Below, one piece after another: positions 1-11,900 of a stretch of DNA of 64,000 nucleotides (position 1 is its first letter; every line of letters starts with the position of its first letter). The position numbers and the translations under genes are program-made. The stretch is from assembly GCA_973851085.1 (NCBI GenBank), contig OZ316776.1:8618001-8682000 (forward strand), given 5' to 3'. The DNA comes from Ptychomitrium polyphyllum (lineage: Eukaryota). The notes beneath the pieces are model-generated. The model saw only the letters and a list, made by a program, of their open reading frames with translations, did not search any database and had not been told where the DNA came from.

Positions 1-1098
1 GCACGAGCATGAGTCATGCGGCAAGCGCTGCGGGAGTGAGTCAGTCAGGCAGTCCGTGACAGGACACAGGACCTGCCTGTCGACGCGCGCGGGCACAGGG
101 CAGGATGCCGGGGCGATGGAATCATGGCACGGTGCTTCGGGAGCCGGGCCGATCAGGAATGGGGCGGCTATAGCGTGACGTTTGCGGGGCGTTGTACGAT
201 GCGCGGAGGACACAGGCACGGCGGCGGACATGGGGGCCGCGCGGGTGGGGCGCGCTGGACCGTGGACGAAGCTGGACGGACAGACTGACTGGGCACACAG
301 GCGCTGGGGACATGCACTAGTGCTGGTGTTGGTTTCTGGTGCAGAGTCGGCTAGCGTTGGTTTTTCGTTGTCCGGGTCCCCACTAGTAGTTGGGTTGGAG
401 CGCGAGCGAGCGAGCGAGTGAGCGAGCGAGAGAGCGAGAGTCGCAGGAGTCTCGGTCACCCGGAACTTTAGGGTACGAATTGCGGGTGCCCGGCCACGGG
501 ATCAGTGGCCCAATGCGGGTGCGTAACGTGTGAGGGGGTGTCGTGGGTAGATCGCAACGGATGTGCGGGAAGGACTCTCTCTTCTCTCTCTCTCGCAGCC
601 ACTCTCTCTTTGCCTCACATGCCTCTCTCCCTTGCTCGCTCTCAGTGTTCTTTAGTTCATTGTTGATGGGTTAGGCCGTGAGGAAACTCTTCTTTTGATG
701 TTGCTGCACTCGGGTGTGGATCCCAAGTGTTGTTGATTGATCGTGAAGTGGTGCGAGCAGGGTGAGAGAGTAGGGGGAAGTACGAGGTTGATTGTGAGTG
801 TAGGTTCTTTGAGTCGCGGTGATGGTTTTGAAGTGAGTTCATGCATAATGAAGATGAGTTTTAGTGTGGGGAAGATGGTTGTTTTCGTGGAGCTTCCCGT
901 GAGTTGATTATTGATGTATTGCTTGACATGCCAATTCTGGAAGTTTTCTGAGTTCAGTGGGAGTCAAGGGGGCGAGAAATGGCTAAATTTGGAGTGATAG
1001 TGAGCGTCGCGGGGATGCGTCGGGGGATCGTGTAGTGGTGGTTTTGGGAGAGCTTGGGGCGGTGGGAGGAGGCGAAAGGGCGGCAGGTGGAGAAGATT

Positions 1099-4000
1099 AT
1101 GGGGGCGCAGAAGAACAGTAGGCAAGGGTTGGCAGAGGTAGACATCGTGGTGGACATAAGCCGAGGGACGAGAGCGCAGAATACAATTGCGACGAAAATG
1201 GCGGCAGCAGGCGACGTTGACGCTAAGAGTGCACTTCCGCATGGTGACGATCATCCGTCATCAGGTACGACGCGGAGTAGTGATGGGAAGCCCGACGTTG
1301 TGGACGCGGTACCGAACCAGGGTGAGAACGAGAAGGATGTGACGTCGCGACCCGACGACGCGATGGAGGACGCCACCCAAGAGGAGCCGGAAGAGGGATC
1401 GCCCAAAACAGAGTCGACGGCCTATGCAATGGCGAATGGGAATGCAGCGCCTAAGAACGACGTCGACCTTGTGTCGAAATTGGGCGCAGAAGTGCAGGGA
1501 GTGGAGAGCCCTGCCAAAGACTCGGGTGGGTTAAGCGCGGGTGACAGCGTGGTGTCGAACGGTTTGCCGCAGTTCGACAAGGATAGAGAGCGGTTGATGA
1601 AGAACGACGCGTCTCGCAAGCGGAAGAAGACGATCCATTACATCAATTCTAGGGTACCTCATTCTAGGGCACCCAACGCTGTTGTTCCGCCTGCACCGGA
1701 GAGCGAGGAAGGGTCCGATGGCCAAGATAGCCCCGAGGAAGCAGACGATGTGCCCGTGCGCCCCAGTCAAGCCCCGCGTGCAGCTGCGACGAAGGTTGGT
1801 TACAGCTTGGCAGTCAAAACTTCTTTCTTTTCGAATTTTCTGGCTTTGCATGATTTAAAAGTTAGGACTTTGCACTTCCTATGAGAAAAATCAATAATAT
1901 AAAAATCACGTTGCTGTATGCTTGGAGCTGGTGATGAGTGTTGTTGGTTCTTTACAGCTCTCTAACGTATTTTCAACCTGGATGTCCTCAGCATTTCTTT
2001 AATCACGTTCTTTCTTTGTACAATATTCATCTTTCCACGAGGGTATCTAAGAACCTGTAAATCATGGCTGTACTTAGCTTTCTAGAATTATGGGAGGCTG
2101 ATAACCTTTGCTTTCTGTGATCGTTTGTAGTTGTTTGTTTAGTGAGGGCAAGGTGCTTTTCTTCTTTACAGAAGCAATGTCTGCTATTTTGACTCGTCGC
2201 TTTGGCAATGTTTTTGTGAAATTAGTTTTTTGCCGAGAGTAAGTGCCAGCGAGCTGATTATGTTAAACGGAGTTAGAGGACGTTTGCGTGTAAAAAGTGC
2301 AGGTGAATGGGTATCTGCAAGTGATAGATTTTGAAGAATAGCTTATGCATTGAGGTGCCATATCCCTAGTTGGATTGGAGCATTGAATAGCTGATCTTCT
2401 CCACAATCAGATTATCATCTTTATGTTGTTTAAATAACTTTGTTGAGCGTCTGTATAATGATGGTAAGCAGCTGAAGTCGATGGTTCCAGTCGGAGACAA
2501 GTTGATGAAGGCCCCAAGAAACGCCAAGGAGCTCATGGCTACCAGGCTTTTGGAGGGGCATTATGTTCGGTGCTCATGTCGTGGCGTACAGGTGAGAAAT
2601 TCAGCTCTGTAATTGTTTTTCCTAAGCTGTAACGGGATTGATTTTGCGACATGCGAATACAACGTTGCTTTGTTTCTGGATTTAGAAATCACGAATAACA
2701 TTTACTTCATTTTCTCCCATCAAGTTTTGGGGCATACATTCGACTTTGATAATCGAAGCACTAGGTCTAAGATGGCTAAATGATCTGCGCCTTTCTGACG
2801 GAAATATTTATTCGAGAACATTCGATTGCCATCGGAATGTCACTGTTGTTTCAAGCTGGTTATGCCCTACGCTGCTGTGATTTTTATTTTTAATGGATTT
2901 TCTTGTTCTTTCAACAGCTCACGGGAATGTTGAAAGACATGGGTGTCCAGTGTGACTGTCGGAATTGCAGGGGTTCGGTGGTATGTTTATAGCTGAACTT
3001 TCAAACTTCAGTCATTTGGGAGGGAGAATGCAAATTTCACTGTATTTTGGGTTCTTCATTTTAGCAGTTCTTTCTGACGTCTCAAGTCCTTGTTTTGAAT
3101 CGTGGCTACTTGGGTGGGGAGGGATTCTATAGATCGTGTCTATTTCAGCATTCGAGGCACATTCCGGAAGTACTTCTCACCACCCAAGCGACAATATTTA
3201 CCTTGAAAATGGAAAGAATCTTCGTGACATTCTCAGTGCTGGTCAAGAAGCAGCAGATTGTGGGGACAATATACTGAGGGCTCTCAAGATGGCGATAGGA
3301 GATATTCAAGGTGTTGAAAGGAGGAAGATTGCGTGTGCAAAATGTGGGCATTCAGAAGAGGCCGGTGATCTTATTCCTTGCAGGGGACCAAGATGTTCTT
3401 TAGTTTTTCATCCAGGTAATTGAAAAAGTCTCTAGAGTAGCTTTGCTGGCGTCACGCCTACACTTCAACAGGGCTAGTAACAATGTTGAAACTTGTGATA
3501 TATTTCAAGAGGAGTTTATTTATTTTGGGCAGCACGATAGGTATTAGCATTTATCTCTTGACAAATTTTCGATTCTAATTTTATGTTTTGATCTTGTAAA
3601 TATTCAGCATGTATTGGACTTTCGAACCCACAACTTGGGGACTGGCTTTGTGCCAAGTGTGAGAAAACTAAAAAGTCTCCTGTACTGAAAGCGAAGCGAC
3701 CCATCTCCAGTGGAATTGAGGAGGAAGCCAGAACAAAGTAAGTCTTGCTATGAGAAGTAGATTGATGAACAGTGCGTGCTTTTATCAATCGGCGCTTTTC
3801 TTATCTACATGTAGTTATCTATCACGAAAGCAACCTTGAAAGGCTTTGAATTAGTAAGCTTAGAGCAGACAATCAATATTGATCGTTCGATATGGTGGCT
3901 TTCGTAGAGAAAAAGACTCGGCCAGAGTGGCTCGGGATGCGCAATTACATGAAGCACTTTTCCTACCTGGTGGTCTGGCAGATAGTACAGAACTTGGATA

Positions 4001-7000
4001 TTATACACAGACCAGGGTACTTCATCTTTCCCTATTCACGTTGCAAGTTTCTCAGTCGCCTAGTATTCTTGGTAATTGTCTGTTTAGTACATAAGATGGT
4101 TCTCCGCTCCATGGAGTATATGTCAAGTGGCTATGATCTTGTCTTAGCTTTTTCAGTAAAGGCTTCAAAGGCGGAGGATGATGGTTTGAAGAGAACTTGA
4201 AAGGATGCGTTTTGTTCTTGTTTGAAAGAATTTGGGTTGCATGGCAGTGTAAGCTCAGGGGTATGAAGCAAGGTGAAGGTATCCTCTGTGATTGCTGTCA
4301 AAAAGTGGTAAGTTCCACACAGAACTTCGCCCAGTTCTTGAGCTTCTCATGTTGGGATTCGCCGATTACACTGTATGAATAATACATGCTGCTTATTTGC
4401 AATATGGGTCAGCTGGGTATAATATTATGATACTGATGAGTCTGCAAACTCGTGGGAGGAAAACAATTTGGGGAATGCCTCGATATTATTCAAGCAGGTT
4501 TAGCCTGCGGCGGTTTTATTTCCTGTAATAGTTAGAATATGGTGTCTCGTACTAAAACAGAGGACTTTCTTTCCTATTTTTTCCCAGAGTTGACGTAATC
4601 TAATATTCTTTTCGATTTTTCTTAGATAAGCTGCGCTGAATTTGAAAAGCATGCTGGTTGTGAGGCTCGTCAAAACCCGTACGTATTTCTCCTCCTTCGA
4701 TGTATACGAGCTGTGGCAGTCATTAAATAGAGGATGTCTATGTCCAATGCATATATAATAGGAATGGAAAAATTTAGAACATTAAGAGATGCTTATTTTC
4801 TTTCTTTTTATTTTGGATATCGGACTCTTATGGACTTGGAATATAAGTACCCTAGCACAAAGTATCCTTATCGTATTTCCCTTTGATAAGGAGGGGGTTC
4901 CATCATCTCTTGGAGGTTATCAATCAGTTACGTACTAACGTACCTGGTGTTGAGTTCTATGTCCTTATGTATTGATTAAGTAATCTATATGCTATATGTT
5001 ATGAGTATTCTTAGACTAGACATTAATATGACAGGTACGGAAGCATCTTGTTGATGACCGATGGTCGTTCCCTGAAAGAGGTGTGCAAGGACTTAACGCA
5101 GCAGAATAAGGTGGGTGACAAGGCAAAACGTGTGGCACGTGATGGAGAGCTGAACTCCTGCTATGACTGTGGAAAAAGCGGAGAACTGAAGTGCAATGTT
5201 TGTGACCAAACGTGGTGTGCTGATCATCAAGGTGGGACAAATCTCCAGTAAGAGTGTTTTGTGTATGGCATTGCTTTTTGCTTCTGTTTAAACAAGTAGA
5301 CTGCGCAGAATCGAAGCACGAAATTTCCCTTCATCTTTTTGGCTCAAAATTATGAATCAGAGGAAATGTGGTGCTTGCAGCCTCTCGCTTCTCATTTTAG
5401 TTGTAACACCATTTAAATATGTAGCAACACTTTCTTCGCATTCGAAACAGCATTGGAATTTTTCTGTACCTCTTAAAACGTCGAAAGAAGTGATGTTCGT
5501 GTACGTTTCTAAACTAGAGGAAAAAACTGTTCTCTGTTCCTTTCAGCGTACTATTGATCCACTATATTGTTTATCTGATGATCCAGGAGGGGAAAAAGAT
5601 TCCGATAGCAAGTGGCTCTGTCGGTTTTGCCAACATGGCACTCCTAAGGTTGTTAAAAGTGGACTGAAAGTTTCAGGCAAGCTAATGGAGGGAACCCATG
5701 AAAAAGACGAACGGGGTCGTGTTATACGTCATTTGCAAGCACCTGCTTCCGTTGGGGGTTGTGCAATCTGCAAGTGAGTATTATTATTATTATTCCTTTT
5801 TGGAACTGAAGTCTTAGTAAAGATAATGGTATCAGAATGTAAATGCCCTCACAAATCTTGAGGTCATAAAGTTGTGCAACTTTGATGGGTTGCTTTAGGT
5901 TTCTGTTCATGTTTTTTATGAATCTCAAAACAGCTTCTCCTTATCTTATCTTCCTAGCTAACTCTATTGTTGTATTGACAGAAAATGGAATGCGAGTGAG
6001 TCAGGTTTCGTTGAGGGCATGACAATGCTAGTCTGTGATCAAGTGAGGATGCTGTCCAAACTATGTATCTTGTTGCCACAAACTTTGATACCTATAGAAA
6101 CCATGAAGAAAACGCTACCTCTCTAGCTGCATGATTATTGAATTCGCTTTTATTTGTCAGAACTTCATTCTTCTGGAAAATAGTTATGTTCATTTTCTCA
6201 GTTTGTACTACGCTTGGCAGTGTGGACGAGAATATCATGTTAGCTGCCTAAAAGGTTCTGGTGCGAATGACCTTAATGTAAGTACCGTCTACGGACTTTC
6301 TGCCAATACCTGGGAATTATCATAGAAGACTTTTTGCTAGCTTTGTTGAATGCATTGAACCTAGTTGTGAGAGCTTGATATGAGAAGCTTTGCTTACGTC
6401 CATGTTGAATTCATTTGTTATTGAATTCATTAACCTGAATTTGCTTGCGTGATGATGATGTTGATCGTTCAACAGGAGCTACCTGAGGGAGAATGGTTCT
6501 GCCAAAAAGACTGCAAGGTTATAGACGATATATTAACGCAGTTAGTATCCAACGGGCCTGAGTCTCTGTCAGACAGCATAATCAGCGAGCTGTTGGAAAG
6601 TCGGCAACAGCAAAGCGGCGCTAAAGAAAAAGCCGAGACCAGTAGCCCTAGTTTTGGGTGGCAAATTCTCTGCGGCAAGGGCGGGAGCACTGCCAACGTT
6701 CAGACTCTTGCTGAAGCTGCGAATATTTTTACAGTATGTGTTGCTATTATTTCTCCCCTTTTCCTTATTGTAGTCATGTAATTGTGAATGCACATGGCAA
6801 TGTGTCATGGATATTTTTTGGTGTTTTTGTGTTACTTGATTTGTGATAGTGCTGGAAGTTGCAGATAATTCTGTCCAAAGGCGTTGATTTTGTTCAGTAC
6901 TTTTCATGTACAGGAATGCTCGGATCCAATCACGGACGAAAAAACCGAAAGGAATTTAATACCGTCCATGGTGCACAGGTCCGTCTTGTTTCGTCTATAA

Positions 7001-8049
7001 CCTTGTAATGTAATTTGCGTATTAATTAATCGGCTATAACGCAAATTACATAACATTAAACATTACTGTAGTTAAAAGGTTGAAGGAATGTGACGTGAGT
7101 CCGAACCGTCCTGATCTGGACGTCTGATATGTTACAATATACTCATAGTGAGTTTTTGTATTTGCAGTCGGAGGACAAAAGATTACGATTTTGAAGGCGT
7201 ATTTTGTGTTGTTCTGAAGCTCAAGTAAGCTCCTATATCTGGATCACTTCTCTCTGATTTACTTTTAAGCAAACTTTCTAAATGTGTTACTTATTGATAT
7301 TGAGATACAAGTTAACTTTTTGTGTTTTCTCTTTGATGGAGTTACAGAGATTGAGTTGAATTGATCTGTTTTCAGTTTGTCGTCCTAGTTAATCTAATCC
7401 AATATTATACTTTAGCAGAGTTGTTTATTTACGTTTGTTCTATTCTGAATTGGGTCATCGTTTGTATCAGTGAGAAAGTGGTTTCAGCAGCACTACTCCA
7501 GATTTTTGGTCGCGAAATTGCAGAAGTACCTTTGGTGGCAACTAGCCTCCCGCACCAGGGCCAGGTAAAGTCTCTCCAAATGAACAAGTAACTAATGGTA
7601 CTTCATTTTAATTTTTTAATTTTTTAATTTTGAGACAGTGCTGCTTCGGTTTAAACCTGCTGCCTCTTTGTCCACAGGGTTTCTGTAAAGCGCTCATGAC
7701 AACAATTGAGAGACTCCTTGGAGTGCTTAGTGTGGAGCGCTTGGTTCTTCCCACAGCTCAGGAGACCGAATCTATTTGGATCAACAAGTTTGGATTTAGG
7801 CGGATGGACGAAGAGAAGGTCAGTACTTCTCATTTTCGAAAAGTATCACTTGTTTAGTTCATATTCTAACCATTTCCAACCGAAAAGCATGAATGGTGAA
7901 TCCTGTCATGTGTACTTGTTTCTCATGTAAATTTTGTGGGCATGATTGAAAATTTGAAACAGCTTGCAACGATTTGTACCACAATACGTTTGATGACGTT
8001 TACTGGCACCTGCATGCTTGGGAAGGAGATAACTCCAATGACTGTTTAG
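1099..8049 (+). CDS. PHD-finger / Tify-domain-binding (TDBD, Jas-like) / GNAT acetyltransferase chromatin protein, IDM1-related family; 18 exons
   Basis: Exons joined in frame at GT-AG sites: 1099(or 1198)-1794, 2472-2591, 2918-2980, 3133-3415, 3608-3737, 3908-4016, 4248-4307, 4626-4678, 5035-5231, 5587-5773, 5982-6042, 6221-6277, 6476-6733, 6914-6978, 7168-7224, 7471-7564, 7678-7818, 7963-8049 (TAG). TDBD motifs: PRNAKELMATRLLEG, SAFEAHSGS, AEFEKHAGC. PHD motifs: CAKC...FHPAC...WLCAKC and CDQCGREYHVSCL...ELPEGEWFC. GNAT: VVSAALLQIFGREIAEVPLVAT...QGQGFCKALM...WINKFGF. Start ATG uncertain. Confidence 0.9.
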
Positions 8050-9049
8050 AAAGCGATTGGTCAAGTCGGTCGACTGCACAATGAAGTAGATCTCTTCTTC
8101 GAGGCATCCAAATCCCTTTGCTGCACAGAGGTTGCTAAAATGACATTTGAGTCGTTGTGGTTACATTTATGCCATCCATGTGAAGCTCCTGCCTAAGCTG
8201 CACTATAGGACCATTGCCTCCCAGTTCTCGAGGTTTTGCTGCGCAGTTCAGACACTCAGTTCATGGAGCTTCACATCGACACTTGGAAAACATGTTGATA
8301 CCACTTCTACCTGCTCCATGCTCAAGTACAGCACATAGGTTCCACGTCGTAAATGGTTTGTAAAGAACTCAAATTTTCCCACCAAGTGTGCAAATTGTTT
8401 GGGCTGGTCTCTAGTAACTACAACTACGAGTGTAGTTAGGCTGCTCAATCTTATCCTTGAATCCTGTGAGGTGTAGGATCTGAAACTTGGTTTGTTCATG
8501 CTCACGAGGATGCACTAGTTTTGTGGATGTAGTGATCCTGGGAGGTTCCAGATCTCTTTCTGAGGACTATAACTTGCACCTGATTCACCTCAGACAACAC
8601 CAAATATAGACTCGCTCTTGATAAATTTTGGGAGGATGAACATACAATTGTGCCTCTACTGTATAATGTAAATGACGGATGTGGTTTATTTTCTTGGTAG
8701 GCTTCTGGTTTGGGGCAGTTGTTTGAGAAGTAGCGGGCAGTTTTAGAATGGTGGTAGAGTGGTTCAAGACGGATACTTTTGATGGATCACTGAGTTGTAA
8801 GAGTTTCCGCAGCAACAGCGTCATTGGGATAGCACAACATTCAGTGAATCAACTTAAACTTCAGGCAATTACAGTATGAAATTTTATACGCTGGTAGTAA
8901 TAGAGAAGTTATCTTAATTGAAATCAAATTTTGAATGATGGTTTTCTAAGGCTCACAAAATTAGAATGAGCTTTTATATAACATAGACTTCAAGATAAGG
9001 GCTCCGCCTTTTTTAAGCAGGGTGTGTAGCCAGCGAGAATTCCAACGAT

Positions 9050-11100
9050 CTACAGTCTTAATGGCTTGGTATCTGGAACAGGAGACGTAGATGTATTGGT
9101 TATTGCGTAAATCATATTGTCAATAGTGCCAATTTGCTGCAATGTTTGAACCATCTCCCTCATAATTATTCTTGCATTAGGATTTGGAAGGCAGCATAGC
9201 AGCCCCATGTGCAGGAGATTCTTACTCAACATCTCCTTTGAAGCTTCAATCTCATCAATGACAATAATATTAATCTGAGAAACTGATGAATAAGGTTGAC
9301 TTTACTTCATAGATGTGGTTGGTTCATCATCCAAAGGTTTGTCCAATCTTAATGGCGGATACATGTGAAAATACCTTGGGTCTCCTAAGTAAAGAATTGC
9401 CCCAGCTTCTTGTACTAGCCATATATCGTGTAAAGGTATGTTAGTTTCAGGTTCTTTTGCCAAGACGAACGGGTTGCTGTCCACATACAACCCCAAAGAA
9501 TCAAGATGCTAAAACTATAAACATCTTTCATAGTATGCCATCTTTGGGTCATATAGCCAGAGTTTCCACATGCCATAGCCATCTTATCCAAAAAAATTGT
9601 CTATCAAGCTATATCAAGCTATATCAAGCTATATCAAGCTATATCAAGCTAGTAGGTCCAAACTCTCTACAATGTGTTTTGAAATTTGTATCCACCATCA
9701 CATTGCTTATTTTGATATCTTAATGCAAAATGTATTGCAGATAATCCTTGTGCCTGTATTTAACTGCTGATGCCACCACTTCTTCAAGTATGTCATGTCA
9801 CAATTTCCACTAAAAAGGTGTTTTGTACTCACTTTTACTACTACTTGAAGCATAAAGCCATTCATTAGGGCTTCCATTGGACATGTGGTCATCCACCAAC
9901 AATAATCTACCTTTTTAATGGCACCAACCTTGTCATGGTTGATTTGGCAAAAGAATAGGAGTTCATGGAAGAAAGATTTTCTTGGCATGCTTTCCCTTGT
10001 GATTAATGTTTCATTACCAAAATGTTAAATCAGCCATGATAAACAATTCCAAATCCACTATTTCTAAACTTCTTGGTTTTGTTGAAGTTTTTGTAGCTTA
10101 GCATAGTTCACTGTATGAAAATACAAGTAGTTTTTAGGAGTATCTTAATGTTTGAAAGTGGTGGTACCCAGCAAGACATATTGTGATGATAAATCTTATA
10201 ACAAGGAGTATACTTTAAGTTCTCCATTTTTTCTTTGGTATGATAGTGCTGTAGCTCTATGATGATGTTTCATGAGTTTGTATGTTCTACATTTGTTGGG
10301 AGTTGAAAAATTGGAAGCTTAAGAAGAGTTTCAGGAGGTTTTCCTTTGTGAGCATACAATCCTTTCATAAGGCATACTTGGAATATCAGCTGTAGAGTGA
10401 AACCAATCCAAGCTGTGAAAGTTCCTTTGTAAGAAGGATATGAGCAGTGAGTTTGATTACCACAAAGCTTGTGTGTAGAATCAGCCTTAAAGACTTGATT
10501 ACAAGTTCCATCAGCAATCCCAACGAAGTTGTTGCTGGGTTTTCCCTTGTTGGGATTGGGCTGCATATCAAAAACAAATTCTGAGTAATCATCTTCATCA
10601 ACTTGAATGCAGGTGCCTGGCTGTGCTACATAAATTGCCAAATCCTGCATGTATGTGGCTGAGTTTTGGATCTGGTCATAGCTGTGGAAGACAAAAGCCA
10701 GGGTTGTTGGTATCCTTGCAACAGTGGTATTTGTATATAAGATCTACTATTGTGGAGGAGTTTGAACTTAAATGTGAAGGAGGTGCTGAATGCTGCAATC
10801 GTACCTGCTGATGAATCTTGAATCCTTGGGATAATATTTCCACTGTACATCAACAGTGAACAAGCTGGTGTTAAATTGGCAGCTGATTTAGCTTTCGTGA
10901 TTCATAAATGGTTGTCTTCCTTAAATTTGATGTCTCCAAAAGCCCTTATTGCACTGTCATTAGGAGAGAATTGTGAAAAGCTGAATTCAGTAGTTTCAGT
11001 TGGAAGGGTGGGGGCAGACAGGAAAAGGAGTTGAAGGATTGCGCGAGCAGTATATGTTGCCTGCTTTGATGTCTATATGGACCCTTGGAAGCAGTCATAT
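9050..11100 (-). pseudogene. Decayed, intronless L-type (legume) lectin receptor-like kinase
   Basis: Colinear remnants across frameshifts and stops: signal-like AILQLLFLSAP; lectin TEFSFSQFSPND...HL*ITK...GTIAAFSTSFTFKF and KPSNNFVGI; juxtamembrane MPRKSFFHEL; kinase KVGAIKK, LVDDHMSNGSPNEWLY, LH*DIKISNVMVDTNF...EFG, GYMT, DVYSFSILI, VVCGQQP, LLHMGLLCCLPNPNARIIMREMVQTL. Confidence 0.85.
9601..9651. repeat. 10-bp tandem repeat (ATATCAAGCT) x5
   Basis: Directly visible; lies inside the LecRK pseudogene kinase region. Confidence 0.95.
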
Positions 11101-11900
11101 GGCAGTGGGCAATTAAAAACTGGGACCCAGGGATTGTCACATACAAGTCCCTGTATGTAACAAATCCCTGGATCTTCATTGACATGATTATGAAATTCTT
11201 CCTTTCAACCTGTAAATATAATACCGCTCCAGTGCTCCACACCAGTATTTTGGAAAGGTGCAAGAGACAAGTGAACTCCTGGTTGTGATTTATAAGGATG
11301 ATGAAATAGCCTGGAAGACTGGTATTGTATGGTGGTTGGAGACTGTCCACACCATGGGAGAGGTGGGAACTTGGAAGTATTCAAGATGCACTGCAAATCA
11401 TGGCATGAAATACCGCATGAAAATTATGAATTCTATGACTTTTGTAGTTATGTATGGACCCTCCCCCTCTTACCCTAAAATGGAAGTTTAAATAAATCGA
11501 ATAATCTTATAAAGGCCTCGTTTGACTCCTTCAGTTGCATGGAAAAACTAATGGTAGGTATAGAATGTGCCCAAAAGGTGATAATATCTTTGTCATAAAG
11601 TCATCCACAGACAAGGAGTCCACAAAATATGTGGTATGATTCCAAATGCTTTTATCCAAACGTGCACACATACATTGAAATAAAATGTCAATGTATATAC
11701 CATTGAAAAATTAAAAACGTGCCTATATGCAGGCGTACAATAAATGAAGGAACTTTCACATAGTTCCATGAATTGTGAAAATCTTGAGAGTGCATGAAGT
11801 GTACAACATGAACTGCTAAAGTATTGCACTGGTGTCACTAATAGTCGTTTCTAAAATTGTGTTCTTTTTTAAGGCTTTGAGGTATTAGAGTTAGTTGTTA

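Noticed and set aside
11085..11491. Trp-rich short plus-strand ORFs
   Set aside because: No family recognised; they lie antisense or upstream of the LecRK pseudogene and use non-ATG starts.
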